A DNA stretch of 64,000 bases from the sequence record PV390659.2; one strand, 5' to 3'. A program made the position numbers and the translations under genes. Each line of letters opens with the position of its first letter. Positions within the stretch are counted from its first letter, which is position 1. Of the stretch, positions 43,249 to 56,232 are shown piece by piece. The DNA is from Escherichia phage vB_EcoM_P8. Below the pieces are notes generated by a model. That model was not told the origin of the DNA. It did no database searches and was given only the letters and a program-made list of their open reading frames with translations.

Positions 43249-44108
43249 TGAAACAATACCAATTTTTAATTAAAGATATCCTGGAAAATGGTTACGAAAC
43301 CGATGACCGAACAGGCACAGGAACAATTGCTTTGTTTGGTACTAAATTACGCTGGGATTTAACTAAAGGTTTTCCTGCGGTAACAACTAAAAAATTAGCA
43401 TGGAAAGCCTGTATTGCTGAGCTAATATGGTTTTTATCGGGAAGCACAAATGTCAATGATTTGCGATTAATTCAACATGATTCATTAATTCAAGGCAAAA
43501 CAGTCTGGGATGAAAATTACGAAAATCAAGCAAAAGATTTAGGATACCATAGCGGTGAACTTGGTCCAATTTATGGAAAACAGTGGCGCGATTTTGGTGG
43601 CGTAGATCAAATTATAGAAGTTGTTGAACGTATTAAAAAACTGCCAAATGATAGACGTCAAATTGTTTCAGCATGGAATCCGGCAGAACTTAAGCAAATG
43701 GCATTACCGCCTTGTCATATGTTCTATCAGTTTAATGTGCGTAATGGCTATTTGGATCTGCAGTGGTATCAACGTTCGGTAGATGTTTTCCTCGGTCTTC
43801 CATTTAATATTGCATCATATGCTACGTTAGTTCATATTGTAGCTAAGATGTGTAATCTTATTCCAGGAGATTTGATATTTTCTGGTGGTAATACTCATAT
43901 CTATATGAATCACGTAGAACAATGTAAAGAAATTTTGCGTCGTGAACCTATGGATTTATGCGAATTACAATTAAAATTTCCAGATGAATTTGATGAATGG
44001 GACACAGAATCGCAGGTATTTTGGTTGAGTCAATTCGCAAAGCCGCATAATTTTGTTCTTAACAACTATGTATCTCACCCTCCTATTAAAGGAAAAATGG
44101 CGGTGTAA
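43248..44108 (+). CDS. td: thymidylate synthase, intron-less
   Basis: 286 aa from MKQYQ; uninterrupted through the active-site region PPCH. Confidence 0.9.
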
Positions 44109-44131
44109 TTTTAATTTAATTGAGAGGATAT

Positions 44132-44395
44132 ATGATTTTACGATTTAAGGATACTTCTGGTGTCGTTCTTTTTACACTTCCTAACCCAAGTGAGTTAGAA
44201 GTTCCAGGACCAAATCAGCCTATTATCATTTATGGCAAAAAATATTATACTCATAAAATGACCCGTGAGTATTTTGATAATAAAATTTCCACAGTTAAAA
44301 CTTCTTCTGACTGTTATTATGATATTACTGTTTTAACGGAAAAACAATATGACGAATTATTACCGCGCGGGCCGTCTATGCCAGGTAGTGAATAA
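44132..44395 (+). CDS. hypothetical protein
   Basis: 87 aa from ATG with GAGAGGA SD; overlaps next ORF in a different frame. Confidence 0.45.
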   Translation: MILRFKDTSGVVLFTLPNPSELEVPGPNQPIIIYGKKYYTHKMTREYFDNKISTVKTSSDCYYDITVLTEKQYDELLPRGPSMPGSE

Positions 44396-44675
44396 ATATA
44401 AATCCGACTTTGATGTTAATATTCACCGTGGTACATTTTGGGGAAATTACGTCGGTAAAGATGCTGGCAGCCGGGAGGCTGCCATTGAATTATTCAAAAA
44501 AGATTTTATACGTCGAATTAAATCCGGAGAAATAACTAAAGCACATTTAGAGCCTTTACGTGGAATGAGGCTAGGATGCACATGTAAACCAAAGCCGTGT
44601 CATGGTGATATAATAGCTCATATAGTTAACCGATTGTTTAAAGACGATTTTCAAGTTGAGGACTTATGCAATTAA
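44349..44675 (+). CDS. hypothetical Cys/His-motif protein (DUF4326-like, tentative)
   Basis: 108 aa; [21 protein letters not shown]...[11 protein letters not shown]; start uncertain; stop overlaps nrdA start. Confidence 0.5.
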   Translation: MTNYYRAGRLCQVVNKYKSDFDVNIHRGTFWGNYVGKDAGSREAAIELFKKDFIRRIKSGEITKAHLEPLRGMRLGCTCKPKPCHGDIIAHIVNRLFKDDFQVEDLCN

Positions 44676-46930
44676 TTAATGTTATCAAAAGTAGTGGTGT
44701 TTCTCAGAGCTTTGACCCGCAAAAAATTATTAAAGTTTTATCTTGGGCAGCTGAAGGAACATCTGTAGATCCTTATGAATTATATGAAAATATTAAATCA
44801 TATCTCCGTGATGGAATGACAACTGATGACATTCAGACTATTGTCATTAAGGCTGCTGCGAATTCTATTTCAGTTGAAGAGCCTGATTATCAATATGTAG
44901 CTGCACGCTGTTTAATGTTCGCTCTTCGTAAGCATGTTTACGGGCAATATGAGCCCCGTTCATTTATTGATCACATTTCTTACTGTGTAAATGAAGGTAA
45001 ATACGACCCTGAATTGTTATCAAAATATTCTGCAGAAGAAATTACATTTTTAGAATCAAAAATTAAGCACGAGCGGGATATGGAATTTACTTATTCCGGG
45101 GCGATGCAATTAAAAGAAAAATATCTAGTTAAAGATAAAACCACTGGTCAAATTTATGAAACTCCGCAGTTTGCATTTATGACTATTGGAATGGCATTGC
45201 ATCAAGATGAACCTGTTGATAGATTAAAACATGTTATTCGTTTTTATGAAGCAGTATCTACTCGACAGATTTCATTACCAACTCCTATTATGGCTGGTTG
45301 CCGTACTCCAACTCGGCAGTTTAGTTCATGCGTTGTTATTGAGGCAGGTGATTCGCTGAAGTCTATCAATAAGGCTTCCGCTTCAATTGTTGAATATATC
45401 TCCAAACGAGCTGGAATCGGCATTAACGTTGGTATGATTCGTGCCGAAGGTTCTAAGATTGGCACAGGTGAAGTGCGTCATACTGGTGTTATTCCTTTTT
45501 GGAAACATTTTCAGACTGCTGTTAAATCATGTTCACAGGGCGGAATTCGTGGCGGCGCTGCTACTGCTTATTATCCTATTTGGCATTTGGAAGTTGAAAA
45601 TCTTCTCGTTTTGAAAAATAACAAAGGCGTAGAAGAAAACCGTATCCGTCATATGGATTATGGTGTTCAGCTGAATGACCTAATGATGGAACGATTCGGA
45701 AAGAACGATTACATTACTTTGTTTAGTCCGCATGAAATGGGTGGCGAACTTTATTATTCTTATTTTAAAGACCAAGACCGCTTCCGTGAATTGTACGAAG
45801 CTGCAGAAAAAGACCCTAATATTCGTAAAAAGCGTATTAAAGCTCGTGAACTATTTGAATTGCTCATGACTGAACGTTCAGGAACAGCAAGGATTTATGT
45901 ACAGTTCATTGATAATACGAATAACTATACTCCATTTATTCGTGAAAAGGCACCTATTCGCCAGAGTAACTTGTGTTGTGAAATTGCTATTCCAACAAAT
46001 GATGTGAATAGTCCTGATGCCGAAATTGGATTGTGTACGTTATCTGCATTTGTGTTAGATAACTTCGATTGGCAAGACCAAGATAAAATTAATGAATTAG
46101 CAGAAGTTCAAGTTCGTGCTCTTGATAATCTTTTGGATTACCAAGGATATCCAGTTCCTGAAGCAGAAAAAGCTAAAAAGCGTCGAAATCTTGGTGTAGG
46201 TGTTACTAACTATGCAGCTTGGCTGGCAAGTAATTTTGCTTCTTATGAAGATGCTAACGATTTAACACATGAACTATTTGAGAGATTACAGTATGGACTC
46301 ATTAAAGCATCCATTAAACTCGCCAAAGAAAAAGGACCTTGCGAATATTATTCAGACACTCGTTGGTCTCGAGGCGAATTACCTATCGACTGGTACAATA
46401 AAAAGATTGACCAAATCGCAGCTCCAAAATACGTTTGTGACTGGTCGTCGCTGCGGGAAGACCTTAAGCTCTTTGGCATCCGTAATAGCACATTATCAGC
46501 ACTTATGCCATGTGAGTCATCTTCCCAAGTTTCTAACAGTACAAACGGTATCGAGCCTCCACGTGGACCAGTCTCTGTTAAAGAGTCAAAAGAGGGTTCC
46601 TTTAATCAAGTCGTGCCCAATATTGAGCATAACATAGACTTATATGATTATACGTGGAAATTAGCTAAGAAAGGTAATAAACCTTATCTTACACAGGTAG
46701 CTATTATGCTTAAATGGGTGTGTCAATCAGCTTCAGCGAATACATATTATGACCCGCAGATTTTTCCAAAAGGAAAGGTTCCAATGTCTGTGATGATTGA
46801 TGACCTTTTGTACTTTTGGTATTTTGGCGGAAAAAATTTCTATTATCATAATACCCGCGATGGTTCTGGTACTGATGATTATGAAATAGAAACTCCAAAA
46901 GCTGAAGATTGTTCATCCTGTAAATTATGA
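44666..46930 (+). CDS. nrdA: ribonucleotide reductase large subunit NrdA
   Basis: 754 aa equals T4 NrdA length; ATP-cone N-terminus, catalytic Cys motifs. Confidence 0.95.
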   Translation: MQLINVIKSSGVSQSFDPQKIIKVLSWAAEGTSVDPYELYENIKSYLRDGMTTDDIQTIVIKAAANSISVEEPDYQYVAARCLMFALRKHVYGQYEPRSFIDHISYCVNEGKYDPELLSKYSAEEITFLESKIKHERDMEFTYSGAMQLKEKYLVKDKTTGQIYETPQFAFMTIGMALHQDEPVDRLKHVIRFYEAVSTRQISLPTPIMAGCRTPTRQFSSCVVIEAGDSLKSINKASASIVEYISKRAGIGINVGMIRAEGSKIGTGEVRHTGVIPFWKHFQTAVKSCSQGGIRGGAATAYYPIWHLEVENLLVLKNNKGVEENRIRHMDYGVQLNDLMMERFGKNDYITLFSPHEMGGELYYSYFKDQDRFRELYEAAEKDPNIRKKRIKARELFELLMTERSGTARIYVQFIDNTNNYTPFIREKAPIRQSNLCCEIAIPTNDVNSPDAEIGLCTLSAFVLDNFDWQDQDKINELAEVQVRALDNLLDYQGYPVPEAEKAKKRRNLGVGVTNYAAWLASNFASYEDANDLTHELFERLQYGLIKASIKLAKEKGPCEYYSDTRWSRGELPIDWYNKKIDQIAAPKYVCDWSSLREDLKLFGIRNSTLSALMPCESSSQVSNSTNGIEPPRGPVSVKESKEGSFNQVVPNIEHNIDLYDYTWKLAKKGNKPYLTQVAIMLKWVCQSASANTYYDPQIFPKGKVPMSVMIDDLLYFWYFGGKNFYYHNTRDGSGTDDYEIETPKAEDCSSCKL

Positions 46931-46981
46931 TATAATTTGACTCACGGACGAGTCACTATCTATTAACTAAGCGGAAAATTT

Positions 46982-48160
46982 ATGAGCACAGTTTTTAATA
47001 CAAATCCAGTTGATGTTTTAAAAGAACCTATGTTCTTCGGTTCAGGTCTTGGTATTGCGCGTTATGATATTCAACGTCATAAAGTTTTTGAAGATTTAAC
47101 CGAAAAGCAGTTGTCATTTTTCTGGCGTCCTGAAGAAGTAAACTTGATGATGGATGCTGCACAATTTAACAAGCTTCCTCAGTATCAGCAAGATATTTTT
47201 ACTAATAACCTGAAGTATCAATCACTTTTGGATAGCATTCAGGGTCGTGCACCGTCTGCTGTACTTATGTCGTTAATTTCAGACCCAAGTCTTGATACAT
47301 GGGTTGCTACATGGACTTTTAGTGAAACTATTCACAGTCGTTCATATACTCATATCATGCGAAATCTTTATACTGATCCATCAAAGGTATTTGATGAGAT
47401 TGTATTAGATGAAGATATTATGAAACGTGCTGAGTCCATTGGTCGTTATTACGATGATGTTCTCAATAAGACCCGTGAATGGGAAAATGCTAAAGAATTT
47501 GTAGAACTAGCTAAAGAATCTCCTGATGCTGATTTTCGTTTAAATCGAGCTATTAAACAAGAAGCCGAAGCTAAACGAGCACTAATGAAATCTCTTTATC
47601 TTTGCCTTCATGTAATCAACGCATTGGAAGCTATTCGTTTTTACGTATCTTTCGCATGTACCTTTAACTTCCATAAAAACATGGAAATCATGGAAGGTAA
47701 TGCTAAGATTATGAAGTTTATTGCGCGTGATGAGCAACTTCATCTTAAAGGCACTCAATATATTATTCGTCAACTTCAACTTGGCACTGACGGTGATGAA
47801 TGGGTTAAAATTGCTCAAGAGTGTGAACAAGAAGCAGTTGATATTTTCATGGAAGTTAACCGTCAAGAAAAAGACTGGGCAGTTCATTTATTTAAAGATG
47901 GCGATGTTCCTGGATTAAATACAAATAGCATGTGGAGCTTTATTGATTACTTAACTGTATCTCGTATGAAACAGTGCGGTCTTCCATGCCCAATTACCGA
48001 TGCTCCGGTTAAACATCCATATCCTTGGATTCGTGAATACCTTAATTCTGATAATGTTCAATCCGCGCCGCAAGAAGTAGAACTGTCATCTTACCTTGTT
48101 GCACAGATTGATAATGATGTTGATGATAAAGTTATGATGAGTTTTAAAAAATATTTTTAA
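46982..48160 (+). CDS. nrdB: ribonucleotide reductase small subunit NrdB, intron-less
   Basis: 392 aa continuous ORF; directly follows nrdA with 51 nt gap. Confidence 0.95.
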   Translation: MSTVFNTNPVDVLKEPMFFGSGLGIARYDIQRHKVFEDLTEKQLSFFWRPEEVNLMMDAAQFNKLPQYQQDIFTNNLKYQSLLDSIQGRAPSAVLMSLISDPSLDTWVATWTFSETIHSRSYTHIMRNLYTDPSKVFDEIVLDEDIMKRAESIGRYYDDVLNKTREWENAKEFVELAKESPDADFRLNRAIKQEAEAKRALMKSLYLCLHVINALEAIRFYVSFACTFNFHKNMEIMEGNAKIMKFIARDEQLHLKGTQYIIRQLQLGTDGDEWVKIAQECEQEAVDIFMEVNRQEKDWAVHLFKDGDVPGLNTNSMWSFIDYLTVSRMKQCGLPCPITDAPVKHPYPWIREYLNSDNVQSAPQEVELSSYLVAQIDNDVDDKVMMSFKKYF

Positions 48161-48164
48161 GGAG

Positions 48165-48186
48165 TGGGCCGCAAGGCCCATTTTAT
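48165..48186 (+). terminator. terminator-like hairpin after nrdB
   Basis: TGGGCC-GCAA-GGCCCA followed by TTTTATT. Confidence 0.55.
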
Positions 48187-48187
48187 T

Positions 48188-49775
<1,588 letters not shown>

Positions 49776-49836
49776 GCTGTTTACAAGTCCCTCGTGATGT
49801 GTTACAGTAGTCTTACTGACATAACATGAGGACTTT

Positions 49837-50343
49837 ATGATGGATTTGCAGCTTATTACTACTGAGATGGTCGTTGAAGCATACGGTGATACTACAGATG
49901 GGATTTCTGTATTTAAAGGAAATCGTCGAGTTGGATATATCACCGATCTTAAGAAAGATTTAGCTAAGCAAGTCAAGCGGAAAACGACCATTAAAGAATA
50001 TCGAAATCGTCGTCTTGAGCAAGCCCGTGATATGCTTCCTGACGCAGTTGAGGAGATGAAAGTCTTTTTAGAAAATCAGCTTGCGAAATATGATTGTGAT
50101 GTGTTCATTAATCAGACTCAACCTAATGTTCATATTAACAACTGTAAATGCTATATCATCGTTAATCCTTTGACGGGAAAACATCGTCTTGGAATTAGTA
50201 ATCCAAATCGTAGCGCATCAGATATGGCAGAAGATGTTGAGGCATGCTTTAAAATTTCTAAATCTCCTGCTGAACATCATATTTTAATTAACGGTCTTTC
50301 TCAAGACGATATTATAGAGGTTATTAAAACTTTATGCAATTAA
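49837..50343 (+). CDS. alc: Alc (host transcription unfolding/termination) protein
   Basis: 167 aa equals T4 Alc length; position between 63 and pseT block. Confidence 0.65.
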   Translation: MMDLQLITTEMVVEAYGDTTDGISVFKGNRRVGYITDLKKDLAKQVKRKTTIKEYRNRRLEQARDMLPDAVEEMKVFLENQLAKYDCDVFINQTQPNVHINNCKCYIIVNPLTGKHRLGISNPNRSASDMAEDVEACFKISKSPAEHHILINGLSQDDIIEVIKTLCN

Positions 50344-50687
50344 GTAATACGACAGCAGGCTTGCTATTAATTGTAATTGCATTGGGCGGAACTTCTTTAA
50401 TTTTAAAAAATAAAATTGAAAGATTAGAAACGTCTGTTGTAGAAATTACAAAAACGGCCAATGAAAACGCTTTAGCATTAAATAATTTGCGAATTCAGTA
50501 TAATTATATTGATGCGATGAATAATAAAAATCGTGAGGCAATTGCTGCTATTGAGCGTGAAAATGAAAAACTGTGCAAAGACGCAAAGAAGGCGGATGTG
50601 GTGGCTCATAAGCCAGGATTGGTTGAAAAACAAATCAACAACTCCTTCAACAAGTTCGCAGAAGACATCCAGGACCTTTCTAAATGA
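50334..50687 (+). CDS. i-spanin-like protein (N-terminal TM plus coiled coil)
   Basis: 117 aa; hydrophobic N-terminus, helical charged remainder; pseT.3 position. Confidence 0.6.
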   Translation: MQLSNTTAGLLLIVIALGGTSLILKNKIERLETSVVEITKTANENALALNNLRIQYNYIDAMNNKNREAIAAIERENEKLCKDAKKADVVAHKPGLVEKQINNSFNKFAEDIQDLSK

Positions 50688-50983
50688 TTAAACTATCAGC
50701 AGTAATATTATCTATTGGTCTTCTAGTTGGTTGTTCGACAAAGCCTCTAGAAGTAAAGAAAGAAACAGTTCATCCTAATTGGCCTGTACAAATAAAGTCA
50801 TATGATGAAGCTAAACTATCTTGGCAAGTTAAAGTTATTGATGGTAAAGCTTGGGTCGGTATGCCATTCGAAGATTCCCAGGAATTTCGTATTTGGCTTA
50901 ATGATGTAAAACGATATGTGCATGATCAGAAAACTATGATATGTTATTATCGCCAAGAGTTAAAAGAGGATAAATGCAAATGA
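50684..50983 (+). CDS. o-spanin-like outer-membrane lipoprotein
   Basis: 99 aa; lipobox LVGCS; ATGA-coupled; pseT.2 position. Confidence 0.6.
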   Translation: MIKLSAVILSIGLLVGCSTKPLEVKKETVHPNWPVQIKSYDEAKLSWQVKVIDGKAWVGMPFEDSQEFRIWLNDVKRYVHDQKTMICYYRQELKEDKCK

Positions 50984-51206
50984 TTTCATGGCATCAATTT
51001 GAACATCTCAAAGGATTGATTTATGAATCCGAGATGGCTGCAATGATTTATGGACGCCAGATTCAGCGGTTAGAATCTTTACCTCCAACTAATGATGTTT
51101 TATTAGCTCAATCTCGGGCTAATCTTAAAAATGAATACCAAAATAAGTGGGGTAAAGCATCTAAAGACCTGCATGATTATATTCAATCATTAGTTGAGAA
51201 AAATAA

Positions 51207-51210
<4 letters not shown>
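50974..51210 (+). CDS. hypothetical protein
   Basis: 78 aa. Confidence 0.45.
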
Positions 51211-52413
<1,203 letters not shown>

Positions 52414-52414
<1 letters not shown>

Positions 52415-52611
52415 TGGCGTGGCATCATGAAACTTGGTCTATTGTTATTGTAAATAGCGGTTTAGTTGGTACTAGTAATGGGCAATTTTGTGTATTCACT
52501 AGTGAAATCAGAGCTTGGGAGGAATGTCTTAAATTAAGAGAAAAGAATCCTGATGTTGAACTAACAGTAAAGAAAACTAAACTGCCTTTACCATGGAAAA
52601 CTTATGAATAA
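52414..52611 (+). CDS. hypothetical protein
   Basis: 65 aa, TAATG-coupled to pseT. Confidence 0.4.
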
Positions 52612-52804
52612 CATAGAAAAGATTTATCGACTTTGTGATAAAATTGAAAAAGAAAAGAAATATCTATTTTGTTTATGGCCTATTGTTGATGGAAGAGTAG
52701 ACTTAGATATTCTTGATTATGAAACAGAAGACATAGTAGATGGTTCAACTTTTGATAATGCGTTGGATGTTATTAATTGGCTTGAAGAAAATTATGTGAG
52801 GTGA
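52604..52804 (+). CDS. hypothetical protein
   Basis: 66 aa. Confidence 0.45.
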   Translation: MNNIEKIYRLCDKIEKEKKYLFCLWPIVDGRVDLDILDYETEDIVDGSTFDNALDVINWLEENYVR

Positions 52805-52806
52805 AT

Positions 52807-53082
52807 ATGTTTCCGACTTATTCTAAAATCGTAGAAGTAGTGTTTAGTCAAATTATCGCTAATAATATGTTTGAAAAGCTTGATAACGCAGCCGAGCTTC
52901 GAATTCATGCTCAAGTGACTCATGTATTGAACACTTTGCTTCCAGACCAGGTGGATTCTATTGCAATTACGCTGTATCCGGGTTCCGCGCATATCATTGT
53001 CGTATTTGGTCTTGATGCTGAGCTAGTCATCAAAGGTGATATTCGCTTTGAATCACAGACATCAGAATTCAAGGCAATTTAA
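52807..53082 (+). CDS. hypothetical protein
   Basis: 91 aa from ATG 52807 with GAGG SD. Confidence 0.5.
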   Translation: MFPTYSKIVEVVFSQIIANNMFEKLDNAAELRIHAQVTHVLNTLLPDQVDSIAITLYPGSAHIIVVFGLDAELVIKGDIRFESQTSEFKAI

Positions 53083-53084
53083 TA

Positions 53085-53128
53085 GTTTACTTTTTGGTAG
53101 AGTTGTGATATTATAGCTCTACCAAAAA
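53085..53128 (+). promoter_or_regulatory. early promoter embedded in 12-bp perfect stem-loop (PeSL-like)
   Basis: GTTTAC at 53085; TTTTTGGTAGAG(53091-102)/CTCTACCAAAAA(53117-128) enclosing -10 TATTAT. Confidence 0.6.
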
Positions 53129-53145
53129 CAAATGAGGAAATTGAA

Positions 53146-53382
53146 ATGCTAAGTGAAAAACCAATTACTGTTAAAGAATTTCAAGAAAAAGTTAAACTAT
53201 TTGCTCAGGAATTGGTAAATAAGGTTTCTGAACGATTTCCTGAAACATCGGTTCGTGTTATTACCGAAACTCCTCGTTCAGTATTAGTAATTGTGAATCC
53301 AGGTGATGGTGACCAAATAACACATCTTAAACTGGATTTTGATGGATTAGTTGAAGCACAAAGGGTGTATGGCGTACTATGA
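53146..53382 (+). CDS. hypothetical protein
   Basis: 78 aa after early promoter. Confidence 0.5.
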   Translation: MLSEKPITVKEFQEKVKLFAQELVNKVSERFPETSVRVITETPRSVLVIVNPGDGDQITHLKLDFDGLVEAQRVYGVL

Positions 53383-53717
53383 TGAATTTAACTGATATAA
53401 TTGATAATTGTCTTGAAAATGATACTGGCGATCATAGAGCGCTTGATTCTGAAACAGCACAGTTCATTAGAATAACTTTAATGAATGATACTCTAGTGAA
53501 TAGCATTCATCCTTCTGTGTATGATGCTATTATTGTGACGAAGTATCCAGTTGAGCTTCACAAAAAGATGGCTGGTGCAATTTTCATTGATAAGAAAAAC
53601 CGCTTTAAAGATGGGCAGAATATAATTAGTTCTGTTATTAAAAGTATAACTAAACTTCGTCACGAAATTTATCGTGTTGAAACTGCTAAATCTGCTTATC
53701 TGGTGATTATGAAATGA
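53379..53717 (+). CDS. hypothetical protein
   Basis: 112 aa. Confidence 0.5.
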   Translation: MMNLTDIIDNCLENDTGDHRALDSETAQFIRITLMNDTLVNSIHPSVYDAIIVTKYPVELHKKMAGAIFIDKKNRFKDGQNIISSVIKSITKLRHEIYRVETAKSAYLVIMK

Positions 53718-54295
53718 AAGCGAGTACAGTACTTCAAATTGCATATTTAGTATCACAAGAATCAAAATGTTGCTCCTGGAAGGTAGGAGCAGTAATTGAA
53801 AAGAATGGACGTATTATTTCTACCGGATATAATGGTTCACCTGCCGGGGGTGTGAATTGCTGCGATTATGCTGCTGAGCAAGGTTGGTTGCTGAATAAGC
53901 CTAAACATACTATCATTCAAGGTCATAAGCCTGAATGTGTATCATTTGGTTCAACTGATCGTTTTGTCTTGGCGAAAGAACATCGCAGCGCTCACTCTGA
54001 ATGGTCGTCTAAAAATGAAATTCATGCTGAACAAAATGCGATTTTGTTTGCTGCACGAAATGGTTCTTCAATTGAAGGTGCTACTATGTATGTAACACTT
54101 TCTCCTTGCCCAGATTGTGCAAAAGCAATAGCTCAATCTGGAATTAAAAAGCTAGTTTATTGCGAAACATACGATAAAAATAAACCTGGCTGGGATGATA
54201 TTCTGCGAAATGCAGGTATTGAAGTGTTTAATGTTCCTAAGAAAAACTTGAATAAGTTAAACTGGGAAAATATCAACGAATTCTGTGGTGAATAA
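53714..54295 (+). CDS. cd: dCMP deaminase
   Basis: 193 aa; HAEQNAI...PCPDCA zinc-binding deaminase motifs. Confidence 0.9.
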   Translation: MKASTVLQIAYLVSQESKCCSWKVGAVIEKNGRIISTGYNGSPAGGVNCCDYAAEQGWLLNKPKHTIIQGHKPECVSFGSTDRFVLAKEHRSAHSEWSSKNEIHAEQNAILFAARNGSSIEGATMYVTLSPCPDCAKAIAQSGIKKLVYCETYDKNKPGWDDILRNAGIEVFNVPKKNLNKLNWENINEFCGE

Positions 54296-54531
54296 TGAAA
54301 TTTCGTTTGGTACAGCTCACAGCAATTAGTTCTTATTCTAACGAGAACATTTCATTTGCTGTAGAGTATAAGAAATATTTTTTCTCTAAATGGAAGCAGT
54401 ATTATAAGTCAGAATGGGTTTGTATTGATAGACCTTATAGTTGGAAATCTGATTTAGAAAAATGCCAAAAGTTGCTTTCCACTCTTAAAGAACGTGGAAC
54501 AACCCATATTAAAACTGTGATAGGCAAATAA
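54295..54531 (+). CDS. hypothetical protein
   Basis: 78 aa. Confidence 0.5.
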   Translation: MKFRLVQLTAISSYSNENISFAVEYKKYFFSKWKQYYKSEWVCIDRPYSWKSDLEKCQKLLSTLKERGTTHIKTVIGK

Positions 54532-54840
54532 ATGAAACTGACGACTGAACAAAAAGTAGCAATTCGTGAAATTTTGAAAACTAAATTGTCCATGGGTATT
54601 TCAAACGTGGTTTTTGAAAAGTCTGATGGTACTATTCGTACTATGAAAGGTACTCGTGATGCAGACTTTATGCCAACCATGCAAACCGGTAAATTGACTG
54701 AATCTACTCGGAAAGAATCTACTGATATGATTCCAGTATTTGATGTTGAACTCGGTGCATGGCGAGGTTTTTCTATTGACAAATTGATTTCCGTTAATGG
54801 CATGAAAGTTGAGCATTTGCTTCAATTTATTGGTAAATAA
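54532..54840 (+). CDS. hypothetical protein
   Basis: 102 aa. Confidence 0.5.
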   Translation: MKLTTEQKVAIREILKTKLSMGISNVVFEKSDGTIRTMKGTRDADFMPTMQTGKLTESTRKESTDMIPVFDVELGAWRGFSIDKLISVNGMKVEHLLQFIGK

Positions 54841-54896
54841 ATGCTTTAAGAATTATTTGTTATTATTAATTCATCTGTTAACAAAAAGGAAAAACG

Positions 54897-55232
54897 ATGT
54901 CTGAAGTACAACAGCTACCAATTCGTGCTGTCGGTGAATATGTTATTTTAGTTTCTGAACCTGCACAAGCCGGTGATGAAGAAGTTACAGAATCAGGACT
55001 TATTATCGGTAAACGTGTCCAAGGTGAAGTTCCTGAACTGTGTGTAGTTCACTCTGTTGGTCCTGATGTTCCTGAAGGTTTCTGCGAAGTTGGTGATTTG
55101 ACTTCTCTTCCAGTTGGTCAAATTCGAAACGTTCCGCATCCTTTTGTAGCTCTGGGTCTTAAGCAGCCAAAAGAAATTAAACAAAAATTCGTTACTTGTC
55201 ACTATAAAGCTATTCCGTGTCTTTATAAGTGA
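54897..55232 (+). CDS. 31: co-chaperonin gp31 (GroES analogue)
   Basis: 111 aa [40 protein letters not shown]... matches T4 gp31. Confidence 0.9.
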
Positions 55233-55240
55233 TATAAATA
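55233..55240 (+). promoter_or_regulatory. candidate late promoter upstream of rIII
   Basis: TATAAATA about 140 nt upstream of rIII. Confidence 0.35.
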
Positions 55241-55379
55241 ATAATATGAATTGGGTGTCGGAATAATAAGTTAACCGAACAATTCTATGTGGTAGTCTAC
55301 AACTGAGAGATCTGTCGAAAGAAGATGAAATTCAGAAGAACGTGACTACCGAGTTTTAATCTCTAACGAGAATTTTTAA

Positions 55380-55628
55380 ATGATTAAACAATTACAACAC
55401 GCTCTTGAACTGCAACGAAACGCATGGAATAATGGTCACGAAAACTATGGCGCATCTATTGATGTTGAAGCCGAAGCCCTTGAAATCCTGCGTTATTTCA
55501 AACATCTGAATCCTGCTCAAACTGCATTAGCTGCTGAGCTCCAGGAAAAAGATGAACTTAAATATGCTAAGCCTCTGGCTTCTGCTGCACGAAAAGCAGT
55601 TCGTCACTTTGTGGTAACACTGAAGTAA
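55380..55628 (+). CDS. rIII: rIII lysis-inhibition accessory protein
   Basis: 82 aa; size and position. Confidence 0.8.
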   Translation: MIKQLQHALELQRNAWNNGHENYGASIDVEAEALEILRYFKHLNPAQTALAAELQEKDELKYAKPLASAARKAVRHFVVTLK

Positions 55629-56026
55629 TTTATTGGAGATTCACTGCCCTAGTGTGAGCTAAAATCGAGGAGCCGTCGAACTGTCTGATTAATGATTTGC
55701 GAATAATTATAGTTTTAAGACCCCGACAGTTTTACGGTGTACCTCTTGAATGTTATTCTTATAGCGGCAAGTGCATGCTACCCCGAGGTGATGGCCAATC
55801 GGGAGTACGCCTCAAGGCCTATATATCCATCAGTATATATCTTATCCTCGAGAAATCGAACCCGGAACCTTTAAGCTAACGGTGTGCAACAGATAAGAGC
55901 TATAAGGTATGATGACGGGTTTATGGTTATCCTGGTCGTTAAATATTCAAAAACCTATGTTCCCCTTGAGGGCTTGCGCAGGCAATGCCAATAAGTCCTG
56001 CATTTTCATTTAAAAGAGAATTTATA
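55629..56026. other. 398-bp non-coding, relatively GC-rich region with multiple inverted repeats
   Basis: No ORF with RBS on either strand; e.g. TCTTATC(55840-46)/GATAAGA(55893-99), CCGTCGAACTGTC/GACAGTTTTACGG near 55672-55737. Confidence 0.5.
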
Positions 56027-56203
56027 ATGGCAAAACAAGCTAAAGCAAAGAAAGCAGTTGAAAAGAAAGTTGGTGATTCTAAACGCGCTGGTTACAAGCG
56101 TGGGTCGAACTCTCGTATCAATCAAACTGTTGAGAAGATCATGCGCCGAGCACGTGCGGTTCTTCGAGATGATGCTTCTCGTTTTGGTAAGCAGAAAGCA
56201 TAA
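56027..56203 (+). CDS. hypothetical small basic protein (30.9 position)
   Basis: 58 aa MAKQAKAKKAVEKKVGDSKRAGYKRGSN...; terminator follows. Confidence 0.5.
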   Translation: MAKQAKAKKAVEKKVGDSKRAGYKRGSNSRINQTVEKIMRRARAVLRDDASRFGKQKA

Positions 56204-56208
56204 GTTGA

Positions 56209-56232
56209 GGACTCCTTCGGGAGTCCTTTTTT
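56209..56232 (+). terminator. rho-independent terminator, same hairpin sequence as the soc terminator
   Basis: GGACTCC-TTCG-GGAGTCC followed by TTTTTT. Confidence 0.75.

Noticed and set aside
55697-55879. 60-aa ORF in the non-coding region
   Set aside because: TTG start, no RBS, and Arg/Pro/Tyr-rich composition atypical of coding sequence in this genome.
55629-56026. Possible tRNA gene in the long non-coding region (GGGTTCGATTTC on the minus strand resembles a T-loop)
   Set aside because: I could not build a cloverleaf: no 7-bp acceptor stem partner and no 5-bp T-stem flank the candidate loop on either strand.
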